A stretch of DNA of 53,467 bases from Actinomycetota bacterium (GCA_038211015.1 JBBQVZ010000003.1:1-53467); one strand, 5' to 3'; shown: positions 37,826-47,900, counted from the first letter of the stretch. Numbers and translations: made by a program. The notes: generated by a model from the letters alone, not told the origin.

Positions 37826-38503
37826 TCAGGCACCGCGCGCGACCAGCCGGCACACGGCCGATCGATCGGCGAGCGGCTCGAACTCCGTCAGTCGGAGCGA
37901 GGGCCGTGACGCGCCGAGCATGCCTTCGAGGAGCCCTCGGTGCACCGAGCAGACCAGCTCTCGGTGCTCGTCCAACAGGTCGCGGAACGGGCAGTCCCTG
38001 AGCGAGATCTCCACGGTCTTGGCGCTCCGCCGGCGGAAACGCGGATCGAAACCAGCCTCGGCCAGCGCCTCCTGGAGCACGGCGAGATTCGGACCAGATG
38101 GCCCGCGAGCTCCGGGACGGGGAACGCTCCGCCCGACCAGGTACGCGCCCCACTCGCGGGCCACGGTCTCGGCGCGATCGAGCTGCCGCTTGCCGCCGAT
38201 CAATCCCGCGAGTATCTCGCCGAGCAGGCGGTAGTCGCGCCCCTCCCGCTCCTCGCGAGCGACCGCGGTGTACATCACCTGGGGACGACCGACCGTCGCC
38301 CCCCGGTGGACCTCGCTCGCCGCGAGGCCGGCCTCCTCCAGCCGCCGGAGGTGGGGCCGGAGCGTGTTCGGGTGCAACGACAGGCGCGTGGAGAGCTCGC
38401 GGACCGACACCGGCCTGCCCGACAGCCGAAGGTAGCGATAGAGCCGATACCGGGTATCGTCGGCGAGCGCCTTGTAGATCTCGATGGGTGCTGGGTCGGG
38501 CAT
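37826..38503 (-). CDS. ArsR-type HTH regulator with Cys-containing C-terminal domain (SufR-like)
   Basis: KALADDTR, LHPNTLRPHL and VGRP wHTH; DCPF...VCSVH...C. Confidence 0.82.
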   Translation of the reverse strand: MPDPAPIEIYKALADDTRYRLYRYLRLSGRPVSVRELSTRLSLHPNTLRPHLRRLEEAGLAASEVHRGATVGRPQVMYTAVAREEREGRDYRLLGEILAGLIGGKRQLDRAETVAREWGAYLVGRSVPRPGARGPSGPNLAVLQEALAEAGFDPRFRRRSAKTVEISLRDCPFRDLLDEHRELVCSVHRGLLEGMLGASRPSLRLTEFEPLADRSAVCRLVARGA

Positions 38504-38578
38504 GTGGGCAGCCTCGCCGTATGATGGATTTCCACGGTTCACACCGTGTCAACCTAGCTTAGAGCCTGAGAGGACGCG

Positions 38579-39745
38579 ATGGTCACCGAAGCGCAGGTCC
38601 GCGAAGCACTCCGCAACGTGCTCGACCCCGAGATCGGCAGGCCGATAGAGGACATCGGCATGCTCCGCGGCATCGCGATCGAAGGTAGCGAGGTTCGCGT
38701 CGACGTCCTGATCACGATCGAGGGCTGCCCGCTGAAGGACCGCATCACGAACGACGTGACGGCGGCGGTGAAGCCGCTCGACGGTGTCGAGCGCGTGACG
38801 GTCGATCTGTCGCCCATGACGCAGGAGCAGCGCGAGACGCTCGTGCAGCAGCTCCGGGGTGGCAACGCCGCGGCTCCACAACAGCAGTCGAAGATCTCGT
38901 TCCCGTCGTCCACGGCGATCATCGCGGTGGCGTCGGGAAAGGGTGGCGTCGGCAAGTCGAGCGTCACCGTGAACCTCGCGTGCGCGCTCGCGGCGGAGGG
39001 ACACCGGGTCGGCGTCCTGGACGCGGACGTGTGGGGGTTCAGCATCCCGCGGATGCTCGGCGTCCAGGGGAAGCCCGTGGGCTTCAACGACATGATCCTG
39101 CCGCTCGAGGGGCACGGCGTGAAGGTGATCTCGATGGGGTTCTTCGTGCCGGAGGAGACGCCGGTGATCTGGCGCGGCCCCATGCTGCACAAGGCGATCG
39201 AGCAGTTCCTGGGCGACGTGTACTGGGGCGACCTCGACTTCCTGCTCTGCGACCTTCCGCCGGGCACGGGCGACGTTTCGATCTCGCTCGCGTCGTTCCT
39301 CCCGGGCGCGTCGATGCTGGTGGTGACCACGCCGCAGGAGGCCGCACGCAAGGTCGCCGAGCGCGCCGGGAAGATGGCGGAGCGCACCAACCTCCGGCCG
39401 ATCGGCGTGATCGAGAACATGAGCTACTACGTGTGCCCCCACTGCGGCGGGCGGGACGACATCTTCGGAACGGGCGGCGGCCAGGAGGCCGCCGACACCC
39501 TGAGCGTGCCGCTGATGGCGCAAGTGCCGCTGGTACCGGCGCTCCGGGCGGGCGGCGACAGCGGATCGCCGATCGTGGTGACCGATCCCGATGCCCCGGC
39601 CTCCGTGGCGCTGCGCGAGTCCGCCCACGCAGTGGCGCGTGCCACCAAGTCCAAGGTCGGGAAGCCGCTCACGCTGATGACCAATGCCCCGGTGGGCGCC
39701 GGTGCCGGTCACGGCGGGCATGACCACGCCGGCCACCAGCACTAG
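38579..39745 (+). CDS. mrp: Mrp/NBP35 (ApbC) Fe-S cluster carrier ATPase
   Basis: DPEIG N-domain, GKGGVGKS, WRGPM, DLPPGTGD and ENMSYYVCPHC; His-rich tail. Confidence 0.93.
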   Translation: MVTEAQVREALRNVLDPEIGRPIEDIGMLRGIAIEGSEVRVDVLITIEGCPLKDRITNDVTAAVKPLDGVERVTVDLSPMTQEQRETLVQQLRGGNAAAPQQQSKISFPSSTAIIAVASGKGGVGKSSVTVNLACALAAEGHRVGVLDADVWGFSIPRMLGVQGKPVGFNDMILPLEGHGVKVISMGFFVPEETPVIWRGPMLHKAIEQFLGDVYWGDLDFLLCDLPPGTGDVSISLASFLPGASMLVVTTPQEAARKVAERAGKMAERTNLRPIGVIENMSYYVCPHCGGRDDIFGTGGGQEAADTLSVPLMAQVPLVPALRAGGDSGSPIVVTDPDAPASVALRESAHAVARATKSKVGKPLTLMTNAPVGAGAGHGGHDHAGHQH

Positions 39746-39756
39746 TCTGTGCCGGA

Positions 39757-40803
39757 CTAGCTTGCAGCGGGGTCGGTCGACACTCCTTCCGGCTGCGATC
39801 GCGATGCCTTGAACACGCGGAACAACAGCAGCAATGACGGCGCGACGAGCGCCGCACCGATCGCGAGCCCGAGCGCGATCGGGCCCAGCGACGACTTCGG
39901 CGCGGCCGCTTCAGCCGCGGTGAGGTCCGGGACGATCAGGTACGGCCATTGCGCCACGCCCCAACCCACGACCACCGATGCGACGGCAACGGCCGCGCCC
40001 GCGCGCGCGATGCGCTCTCGCCGCCGATAGGTCGCCCCCAGCGCCACCACGCCGGCTCCCGCCGAGAGCGCGACGAACGGCCATCCATCCTCGAGCATGC
40101 CGTGCCACAGGATCGGCGCGTCGGCGCGAACGACGAGCAGGCCGATCCCCGCGAGCGCTCCGGCGACAACTCCGGCGCCCAACGCTCGCCGGCGGAACCG
40201 GCCCTCCAGCTCCTGATCGCCGTGCTGCACCGCCTCCACGGTCAGGTACGTGGCGGCGAGGAAAGCGCACATCACCAGCGACAGCGGTCCCGCCACCCAC
40301 GAGAGGGGCCCCGTCCACGCCCCCACGAGGTCGGCGTGAACGGTGTCCCCATCGATGCGGATCCTCCCCGACGCGATCGCCGCGGCGCTCATCCCCAGCG
40401 CGACAGGTGTCACGAGCGACGCGATGCCGAACACCCGCGTCCACACCGACCGCCATCCCGTGCCGGGCTCACCGTACGCGCGGAACACGAACGCCGCGCC
40501 ACGCATGACGATCCCTGCGATCGCGATCCCGAACGGCAGGTACAGGGCCACACCGAGCGCGGCGAACGCGGATGGGAAGCCCGCGAACAGAGCCGTGACC
40601 ACGAAGATGAGCCAGACGTGGTTCGCCTCCCACACGGGTCCGATCGCCGCGGAGATCAGCGAACGCTCGCGGTCGCTCGTGGGCCCGTGCGCCAACAGGT
40701 CCCACACCCCACCACCGAAGTCGGCGCCTCCGAGCAGCAAGTACAACGTCAACCCAGCGCCGATCGCGAGCAGCACGGCCACCTCCAGCGCGGTGGCACT
40801 CAT
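39757..40803 (-). CDS. cydB: Cytochrome bd quinol oxidase subunit II
   Basis: GGADFGGG, PVWEANHVWL and RGAAFVFR. Confidence 0.92.
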   Translation of the reverse strand: MSATALEVAVLLAIGAGLTLYLLLGGADFGGGVWDLLAHGPTSDRERSLISAAIGPVWEANHVWLIFVVTALFAGFPSAFAALGVALYLPFGIAIAGIVMRGAAFVFRAYGEPGTGWRSVWTRVFGIASLVTPVALGMSAAAIASGRIRIDGDTVHADLVGAWTGPLSWVAGPLSLVMCAFLAATYLTVEAVQHGDQELEGRFRRRALGAGVVAGALAGIGLLVVRADAPILWHGMLEDGWPFVALSAGAGVVALGATYRRRERIARAGAAVAVASVVVGWGVAQWPYLIVPDLTAAEAAAPKSSLGPIALGLAIGAALVAPSLLLLFRVFKASRSQPEGVSTDPAAS

Positions 40804-42170
40804 GTGGCTTCCTCGGTCGTCTCGATGCCCCGCGGCTTCCGCGCGAGCTGGATCAGGAGCCACGAGCATGCGGCACCCAGCAGCACATACGTGCCCACGG
40901 TCGCGATCAGCCACCACACGATGCCTCCCCGCGTGGTCACCGCGTCGGCCGTCCGCAACTGGCCGTAGACGATCCACGGCTGGCGCCCGACCTCGGTCAC
41001 GATCCATCCGGCCTCGAGCGCGATGAACGCGGCGGGGCCCGCGATGGCCACCGCGCGCAGGAACCAGCGGCCGTTGGGCAACGCCCGACGGCCGCGTCGC
41101 CACCACCCCCCCAGCGCCCACACGCCCAGGCCGAGGAGCGCGAACCCGATCCCCACCATCGCCTGGAACGCCAAGTGGACCAACACCGTGTTCGGCCGGT
41201 CCGCAGGCGGCACCTCTTTCAGACCCTGCACCACCGCATCCGTGTCGCCGTAGGCGAGCCACGACAGCGCTCCCGGTATCCGGATCCCCAGGACGGTCTC
41301 CTCCCGGCCGGGGAGCGGGATCCCACCGATCGTGAGAGGGGCGTTCGCGGTGGTGTTCCACAGCCCCTCCATCGCGGCGAGCTTCATCGGCTGCTGCTCG
41401 GCCACCAACCTCGCGGCCAGATCCCCCACGAACACCTGCACCGGCGCGAGCACGAGACCGAGCGTCAGCCCGACCGCCAGCGCTCGACGGTGATAGGTGT
41501 CTCGACGCCCCTTCAGCATGCCGACCGCGTACACCGACGCGATCGTGAGCCCGGTCGCCATGTACCCCGCGAGGATCATGTGGGTCGTCATGACCGGCGT
41601 CGACGGGTTCAACATCGCGCGGATCGGCTGCACGTCGACCACCTTCCCGGCGGCGCTGAGCTCGAAGCCGACCGGCGATTGCATCCACGAGTTCGCGGTG
41701 ACCACGAACCATGCACTCGCCACTCCCCCAAGCACGACCGGCCACCCAGACAGCCAATGCCGCCACGGCGAGAGCTTGTCCCACCCGAAGAGGTAGATCC
41801 CGATGAAGATCGCCTCGATGAAGAACGCGAACGCCTCGAGGGCGAACGGCAGCCCGATCACCGATCCCCAGCGGCCCATCAACCCCGGCCAGAACAGCCC
41901 GAGCGCGAACGACAGGACCGTGCCGGAGACCGCGCCGATCGCCACGAGGATGCCGAGCGCCTTCGCCCAGCGACGCGTAAGGGCCATCCACACGTCGTCG
42001 CGTCTGCGGATCGCGAGGAACTCCGTGAACACGAGCAATAGCGGCAGGCCGATCCCGAGCGCCGCGAACACGATGTGGAACCCGAGAGCGACGGCCATCT
42101 GCATCCTGGCCGCCTGCAGCGATGTCAGCGCAAGCCCGATGGGATTCACCTCGAGGATCCGGGACTGCAT
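40800..42170 (-). CDS. cydA: Cytochrome bd quinol oxidase subunit I (short Q-loop)
   Basis: GFHIVF, ANSWMQSP, QPMKLAAMEG and EVGRQPW. Confidence 0.94.
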   Translation of the reverse strand: MQSRILEVNPIGLALTSLQAARMQMAVALGFHIVFAALGIGLPLLLVFTEFLAIRRRDDVWMALTRRWAKALGILVAIGAVSGTVLSFALGLFWPGLMGRWGSVIGLPFALEAFAFFIEAIFIGIYLFGWDKLSPWRHWLSGWPVVLGGVASAWFVVTANSWMQSPVGFELSAAGKVVDVQPIRAMLNPSTPVMTTHMILAGYMATGLTIASVYAVGMLKGRRDTYHRRALAVGLTLGLVLAPVQVFVGDLAARLVAEQQPMKLAAMEGLWNTTANAPLTIGGIPLPGREETVLGIRIPGALSWLAYGDTDAVVQGLKEVPPADRPNTVLVHLAFQAMVGIGFALLGLGVWALGGWWRRGRRALPNGRWFLRAVAIAGPAAFIALEAGWIVTEVGRQPWIVYGQLRTADAVTTRGGIVWWLIATVGTYVLLGAACSWLLIQLARKPRGIETTEEAT

Positions 42171-42200
42171 CGTGTCACGACCCGGAACAACCCCATGCGA

Positions 42201-43169
42201 CTAGGTGGGGCCGATCGCTTCTTCCGGTTCGCCGTTCTGGCCGGCGTCTTCCTCGTCGTGGGGACGGCCGCGAGCCTGGACTGCCCACCAAATCAGGATC
42301 CCGGCTGAGATCGTCGCGACCGTCAGCGCCGTCCACTGGCTCCCGGTGAACGGCCCGAACCGCTTGTCGATCCGAAGCGAGTCCTCGAGCAGCCGGCAGG
42401 CCCCGTAGTACAGGCCGAACGTCAACGTGATGACGCCCTCGCGCCTGGGCTTCTTGAACAGGTTCCATAGGATCGCGAACAGGACCCAGGCGAGGAGCAT
42501 GTCGTAGAGCGCCGTCTGGTGAACGCCCACGCCGGTCGCCAGGACCGAGCCGTTCACGTCGAGGAGCTTCGCGCCCGAGCGTTGGATCTCCTCGAGATGC
42601 CCTCCTTGCAGCGACGCCTGACACACACCGTCCACGCAGTTGAACGGTGGCGCGAGGTTGCCACCGTGATACGTCCACGCGAGCAACCAGCTCGTGGGCT
42701 TGCCCAGGTGGTCGCCGATGATCAGGTCGCCGATCCGCCCGATGCCGATCCCCATGGCGAGCGCCGTCGCGGCCGGGTCCATGACCTGGAAGAAGCGGTA
42801 TCCGTACGTGTGCATACGCCGGATGTTGATCACGATCGCGCCGGTGATACCCCCCAGCAGCGAGATGCCGCCCTTCCACACGTAGAGCCATTCGAGCGGA
42901 CTGTCGAACTCCGAGACGTGCGCGATCACATAGGCCACACGCGAGCCGACGATCGCGCCGATCAGCGCCCAGAAGAGCATGGTGCTGATGTGTTCCGCGG
43001 AGACGCCGCGTCTGATGCCGATCCGTCCGAGGAGCCAGCCGCCGATCATGAAGCCGAGCGCGATCCCCAGCCCGTGCGGCGAGATGGCGAACGCGTCGCC
43101 GAAACGGAAACGGTCGAGGACCGGCCAACCGACGGAGGCGAGGCCAAGAGAGGAGAAGGAGGTCAGCAC
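42201..43169 (-). CDS. lgt: Prolipoprotein diacylglyceryl transferase
   Basis: WKGGISLLGG, IGRIG and HQTALYD; GTG start 8 nt after TAGACT. Confidence 0.85.
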   Translation of the reverse strand: MLTSFSSLGLASVGWPVLDRFRFGDAFAISPHGLGIALGFMIGGWLLGRIGIRRGVSAEHISTMLFWALIGAIVGSRVAYVIAHVSEFDSPLEWLYVWKGGISLLGGITGAIVINIRRMHTYGYRFFQVMDPAATALAMGIGIGRIGDLIIGDHLGKPTSWLLAWTYHGGNLAPPFNCVDGVCQASLQGGHLEEIQRSGAKLLDVNGSVLATGVGVHQTALYDMLLAWVLFAILWNLFKKPRREGVITLTFGLYYGACRLLEDSLRIDKRFGPFTGSQWTALTVATISAGILIWWAVQARGRPHDEEDAGQNGEPEEAIGPT

Positions 43170-43194
43170 CGCGAGCGAGTCTACCGGTGGTGCC

Positions 43195-43779
43195 TCACGA
43201 ACGCCGGGGCCACAGACTCGCGATCGCACGACCGATCAGGAGTCCGCTGACCACGTCGGAGGGATAGTGGACGCCGACGTACACGCGGGACGCTGCGACC
43301 GACAATCCGAGCCCGCCGAGCCCCGTCCTGGCGGCCGCCCCCAGCTCCAGGTCGCGCGCGACGACCGTGGTGAACGCGGTGAGCACGGCCGGATGGCTGC
43401 TCGGCCACGACGACGCCTTCGGGCGGCCGACAAGCAGGCGCGTGCCCTCGGCGTCGGCCTCGTACGGACGTGAACGGTTGGCCACCTTCTTGAGCCCCTG
43501 CCCGGCGAGCCACGCAACCCCCGCGGCGGCGAACGCGTTCGCCGCCGCTCGACGGCGGCCCGTGAGCGCGAGGACCCCGGCGGCGCCGGCCGCCGCCCCG
43601 ATCGAACCCAGCTCGGTGACCCCGGTGAAGAACCGATCCGGTCCCTCTCCCCGGTCGCGGTTCCCCTCGCCGAAGAGCTCCGCGTCGACCTCGCGACCTT
43701 CCTTCCCGGACGACCATCGGCCGAGCGACATGGCGGCGCCGACCAGGGTCGTTCCGAGGAAGATGTTCCGCAGCTTCAT
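43195..43779 (-). CDS. PAP2 family phosphatase
   Basis: Kx6RP, PSSH and SRVYVGVHYPSDV motifs. Confidence 0.88.
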   Translation of the reverse strand: MKLRNIFLGTTLVGAAMSLGRWSSGKEGREVDAELFGEGNRDRGEGPDRFFTGVTELGSIGAAAGAAGVLALTGRRRAAANAFAAAGVAWLAGQGLKKVANRSRPYEADAEGTRLLVGRPKASSWPSSHPAVLTAFTTVVARDLELGAAARTGLGGLGLSVAASRVYVGVHYPSDVVSGLLIGRAIASLWPRRS

Positions 43780-43838
43780 GGCCGGCCGATGATATGCGAC
43801 CATCGCATCGCCGAGCCCGGAGACGAAGGGAGGCCACG

Positions 43839-44108
43839 ATGCACAGCCACGTCGCAGGGAAGATGCCGCCGGGTGATCCCGATGAGCCGATCCGCCGGGG
43901 TTCGACGACCAAGTGGGTCGTGCTCGCCGTCCTCGCGGTCCTGATCCTGTTCTTCGTCCTGCAGAACCGCGACCGGGCGAACGTCGACTTCCTGTTCTGG
44001 GACGCGGACCTGCGCCTGTGGGTCGCTCTCCTGTTCGCGGCGGGGCTCGGCTTCGTCGCGGGCGTGATCCTGGGCCGCATCACCAAGGGGAGGCGGCACG
44101 AGCGCTAG
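43839..44108 (+). CDS. LapA/DUF1049 family small membrane protein
   Basis: FVLQN...VDFLFW between two TM helices; GGGAGG RBS. Confidence 0.8.
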   Translation: MHSHVAGKMPPGDPDEPIRRGSTTKWVVLAVLAVLILFFVLQNRDRANVDFLFWDADLRLWVALLFAAGLGFVAGVILGRITKGRRHER

Positions 44109-44545
44109 CCGGCTTCGATCTCGCGCTTCTGGGCGAGCACACCGCGTTTCAGCGCCATCTGCGAACCCCCCAACGCCTGGATGCCTTGCGCGCCGATCCC
44201 GCCGAACGGTCCACGGAACCGGTAGGAGATCTCGTGACGCAGCACGCTTCGTTCGTACGGCAGCGAGGCGATCGCCGTCGTGACGGTCGCCGCCAACAGC
44301 CCCGACAACCGGATCGTCGCTCGCCACGGCGGCTCCCATTCGATGACCTCGGCGTCCACCGTGGTCCGCAGCGACATGAAGCGCATCACCACCCGGTAGC
44401 GAACGCCGAGACCGAGCCCTCCCTCGGGGACGTCGACAGACTCGATGTGCTTGTCCCAGTGCGGGAGGTTCGCGGGATCGCTCGTGACCTGCCAAACACG
44501 CTCAGGCGATGCGTCGATCTCGACGGAGAACTCGATGGTCGTCAC
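44105..44545 (-). CDS. SRPBCC (START-like) domain protein
   Basis: SVEIDASPERVWQVTSDPANLPHW; EWEPP. Confidence 0.85.
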   Translation of the reverse strand: MTTIEFSVEIDASPERVWQVTSDPANLPHWDKHIESVDVPEGGLGLGVRYRVVMRFMSLRTTVDAEVIEWEPPWRATIRLSGLLAATVTTAIASLPYERSVLRHEISYRFRGPFGGIGAQGIQALGGSQMALKRGVLAQKREIEAG

Positions 44546-45489
44546 GCGACCGCGAAACTCCCGCTGGACCATCCCTTCCACCAGACGAGACGAGCGGGCG
44601 CGATGCGGATGAGCGCACCTGCCTCCGGATCGATCGACGTCGCGAGCGCTCGCGCGGTCTTCGCGCCGGAGCCGAGGCCGTCCAGCACGTGGATCGCTCC
44701 CCCACCTTGGACCATCGCGCCGACCATGTCCCGGGCGCGCCACGCGGATGCACGATCCAGCGTGAGAGAGACCGGCGCGTCGGGGCCAACGCCCGCGAGC
44801 GCGAGCGTCTCGGCAGGCAGCGCGGCGTAGAGCGAGCCGCCTTCGACGCTCCACCGCGCCGGCACCACGACCGGCCCGCGCTCTCCGGCGAGGGTCAGCG
44901 CCGCATCGCCTCCGGCGCCGAGCTCCCTCCGGACATCCCCGGGCAACGAACCGAGTGGATCCTCCGCGCCCTTGCTCGAGCGGAAGGTCTTGTGGGACAA
45001 GGCCTCTCCGCCCCACCGTCCGCGGCCCTCCTGGACGCCGTCCTCACCGAGCAACGCGGTCCGCTCGAGTTCGATGCCGACGAACACCCGTCCGGGTGGC
45101 GTCCACGCGAACGGAACCTGGCGCGCGTCGATCGCGTACCCCGCGAAGAACTTCGCGTTCTTCCTGCTGAACCCCGCGCCGGCGCGCGCGATCGACGTGG
45201 CGCTCGCGACCGCCGAGCTCCACGTGCTGCGATCCAGCGCGTCGTAAGAGTGGGCGGTGCCCGTGAACGTCACGGAGAGCTCGCCGAACCGCACCAAGCC
45301 CGCCACGGCCGGATCGAGCTTCCACGCGCGTGCCTTGACGGACCTGCGCGACGTGGTCAGCCAGACGCGACCACCGGCGTACGCGAACACGAGCGGCGTG
45401 CAGTGCGGGCCTCGCGGCGTGGACGATGCGACGGCGCAGAACGATCCCTGTTCCAGGACCTGCTGCACCGCCGTCGACAGGAAGCTCAC
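44542..45489 (-). CDS. Pyridoxamine-5'-phosphate-oxidase-like (split-barrel) protein, probably two domains
   Basis: GPHCTPLVFAY...TTSRRSVKARAW..DP; second unit ends RIAPARLVWW. Confidence 0.7.
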   Translation of the reverse strand: MSFLSTAVQQVLEQGSFCAVASSTPRGPHCTPLVFAYAGGRVWLTTSRRSVKARAWKLDPAVAGLVRFGELSVTFTGTAHSYDALDRSTWSSAVASATSIARAGAGFSRKNAKFFAGYAIDARQVPFAWTPPGRVFVGIELERTALLGEDGVQEGRGRWGGEALSHKTFRSSKGAEDPLGSLPGDVRRELGAGGDAALTLAGERGPVVVPARWSVEGGSLYAALPAETLALAGVGPDAPVSLTLDRASAWRARDMVGAMVQGGGAIHVLDGLGSGAKTARALATSIDPEAGALIRIAPARLVWWKGWSSGSFAVA

Positions 45490-46112
45490 TCCGCGCGCCC
45501 TCCTCGCCCGGCTCCCGGCGGGAGCGCGAGCATCAGACCCGTCCAGAGCATATGGCTGAGCAGGCTCGCGAGCACCCCGCCGGACCACACCGCGAGTCCT
45601 GTCCAGAGGGCTCCCCCCACCACCGCTCCCGCGATGATCGGCCGGCTCCCACTCGCGAGGTTCGCCCCCACGTACGCGAGCCAGGTCCATGCGCCCGCCG
45701 CGGCGGCCACGAGCGACTCGTCCAAGCGCGCCTGGAACAACCCGCGCCAGAACAGCTCCTCGGCCGGCACCAGGATCAGCAGCGACAGCGCGAGCGACTC
45801 GCCGAGCGAGACCTCGGCCGCCTCCTGATACTTCTCGACGACGTCGCGGCGGAACGGCTCCCACCGCCCTGCGACCGCCACGAACACGCGCGTGGCGACG
45901 TAGAGCGCGAGCCCGCTCGCCAGCCCGACCACGAGCGCGGTCCCGTCGCCCACCCGGGTCGCGGCGATCGGATGCCGCGCCAGCGCGGCCGCGACGCCCA
46001 TCGCCAGCAGGATCGGCGGCATCAGGCGCCAGACCATGACGCGCCGCATCGCGACGAGACGCCAGCCGATCGCCTCCGCCAGCGCGCCGAACACCATCAC
46101 CGCGGTCTGCAT
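45486..46112 (-). CDS. CPBP (Abi/CAAX) intramembrane glutamic endopeptidase
   Basis: AEELFWRG and SHMLW motifs; multi-TM. Confidence 0.85.
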   Translation of the reverse strand: MQTAVMVFGALAEAIGWRLVAMRRVMVWRLMPPILLAMGVAAALARHPIAATRVGDGTALVVGLASGLALYVATRVFVAVAGRWEPFRRDVVEKYQEAAEVSLGESLALSLLILVPAEELFWRGLFQARLDESLVAAAAGAWTWLAYVGANLASGSRPIIAGAVVGGALWTGLAVWSGGVLASLLSHMLWTGLMLALPPGAGRGGRAE

Positions 46113-46115
46113 CCG

Positions 46116-46895
46116 CTACCCCGGCAGGAACCGGACCTTCACGGCGACCTCCGCCGTGAACGCCGTGACGACGGCAAGATAGAAGAAGCCCGTCGCGGAT
46201 TGCACGGCCGACGCGCGGGTCCCACGTAACGTGGCTTTCACCATCACCGCGATCAACGCGGTCGTTCCCACCATGCCGAGCGCGATCCACGGCGCGAGCG
46301 CGCCGGCGGTGAGGAGCGGGTTGAACGCCTCGGACGATCCGACGCCGCTGAACCCACCCGAGATGACCGCGATGGCCTCGACGACGACGGCCGCGAGCAT
46401 GATGCGTGTCGCGCGCTCGATCGGCGTTCGGCTGAGCCCTCGATCCGTGAGGTACCAATGGCCGAGCAGCAGCCCGTCGAGCACCGAGCCCAGGAACGCC
46501 GCGCCGGTAAGCAGCTCGAACAGCGCGAGCACCTGGTTCTGCCGGCCGGTCGCCGACATCGCAACCAGCACCGCGATCGCGACCGGCACGGAGAGGAACC
46601 CCACGCCGCGTGCCGCGGGGTTCTGCTTGAGGAGTTGGAGCGCCGTCCATACGGCCGTGACGATCAGGCTCGCGAGCGTCAGGCGGACGCTCCACGTCCC
46701 GGCGTCGTCACCGGCGATCGCTCCGGCCGCGGCGGCGCGCCACGCGGCGAACGCCACGATCGTGAGGATCACGCCCGTGAGCGTGAAGTACCCGCGCTTC
46801 ACCTCACGCCAGAGTGGGGTGTACCAGAGGAACGCCGCCGAGCCGGCCACGGTCTCCGCCAGCACGAGCGCCATCACCCCCGCCGAACCGGTCAC
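46116..46895 (-). CDS. Multi-pass membrane protein of unknown function with a GHWYL motif
   Basis: About 8 TM helices; LLLGHWYL and QSATGFFYLA; GAGGGG RBS plus GTG. Confidence 0.75.
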   Translation of the reverse strand: MTGSAGVMALVLAETVAGSAAFLWYTPLWREVKRGYFTLTGVILTIVAFAAWRAAAAGAIAGDDAGTWSVRLTLASLIVTAVWTALQLLKQNPAARGVGFLSVPVAIAVLVAMSATGRQNQVLALFELLTGAAFLGSVLDGLLLGHWYLTDRGLSRTPIERATRIMLAAVVVEAIAVISGGFSGVGSSEAFNPLLTAGALAPWIALGMVGTTALIAVMVKATLRGTRASAVQSATGFFYLAVVTAFTAEVAVKVRFLPG

Positions 46896-46991
46896 CTACC
46901 CCCCTCAGGCATACGGTCGTACAGCGTACCGGCAGCCCGCAACCGGGGAGGCAGCCTTCCTTACGCACGGTGCCGGGTACGCTGGCGCGTC

Positions 46992-47783
46992 ATGAACGAC
47001 TGGCGGTCCTACGACGAGGTCGCGGAGGCGTACGAACGCGTTCACGCTCCGCGGCTCTCCGAGGTTGCCCGCGATCTTGTCGCGTTCGCCGAGATCGGCG
47101 AAGGGACGAAGGTGCTGGATGTGGGCACCGGGACCGGCGTCGCAGCGCAAGCCGCGGCCGACGTCGGGGCTCGTGCGGTGGGCATCGACCCTTCGGTCGG
47201 GATGTTGGAGGTGGGACGCCGCCAACGCCCCTCGCTCTCGCTCGTCGCGGCCCAGGCGATCGACCTCCCGTTCCGCAACGGCGCGTTCGAAGCCGTGATG
47301 GGCAACTTCGTGCTCTCGCACTTCCGTCGCCCCGAGACCGCCCTCTTCGACATGATGCGCGTCCTGAAGCCCGGCGGGCGCGTGGCGCTCAGCTCGTGGT
47401 CCGACGTGAAGAACGAGCTCCAGGAGACGTGGGGTGAGCTCGTCGGCGATGTCGTCCCCAAGGAGATGCTCGAACCGGTCTGGGCCGCGGCCGCACCGGG
47501 GCACGCACGGTTCGCCGAGCGTCAGGCGGTCGAGCAGACCTTGATCGACGCGAAGCTCCGTCACGTGCATACCGAGAAGCGCCGCTTCCAGTTCCAGTAC
47601 ACGCAGGAGGACTACCTCGCTGGACAGGAGATCTGGGCCACCGGCCGCTTCGTCAAGGAGATGCTCGGCGACGCGGGCTGGCCGGCTTTCCAGGAGCGCA
47701 TACGGACCACGTTCGCCGAGCGGTTCGCCGACCCCCTGAACGACTTCCGCGACGTGATCCTCGCGGTCGGCAGGAAGTCGTAG
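46992..47783 (+). CDS. Class I SAM-dependent methyltransferase
   Basis: VLDVGTGTG, LPF and RVLKPGG. Confidence 0.92.
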   Translation: MNDWRSYDEVAEAYERVHAPRLSEVARDLVAFAEIGEGTKVLDVGTGTGVAAQAAADVGARAVGIDPSVGMLEVGRRQRPSLSLVAAQAIDLPFRNGAFEAVMGNFVLSHFRRPETALFDMMRVLKPGGRVALSSWSDVKNELQETWGELVGDVVPKEMLEPVWAAAAPGHARFAERQAVEQTLIDAKLRHVHTEKRRFQFQYTQEDYLAGQEIWATGRFVKEMLGDAGWPAFQERIRTTFAERFADPLNDFRDVILAVGRKS

Positions 47784-47792
47784 GTCTTCGCC

Positions 47793-47900
47793 TCAGGCGT
47801 CGGCCAACAGACAGGCAACCTCCGTCACCCTTTTCTCGGGGTCGGGTTCACTCCCTAGGTCGATCAGGTACACATCGAGGCGAGACTCGAACCTGTGGCC
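47793..47900 (-). pseudogene. Possible orphan 3' gene remnant
   Basis: Minus frame ...FESRLDVYLIDLGSEPDPEKRVTEVACLLADA* looks protein-like but has no credible start; bounded by hairpin ACCTGTGG-ccgt-CCACAGGT (47891-47910). Confidence 0.25.

Noticed and set aside
39757-42170. cydAB without cydDC
   Set aside because: Common for short-Q-loop bd oxidases; cydDC may lie elsewhere.
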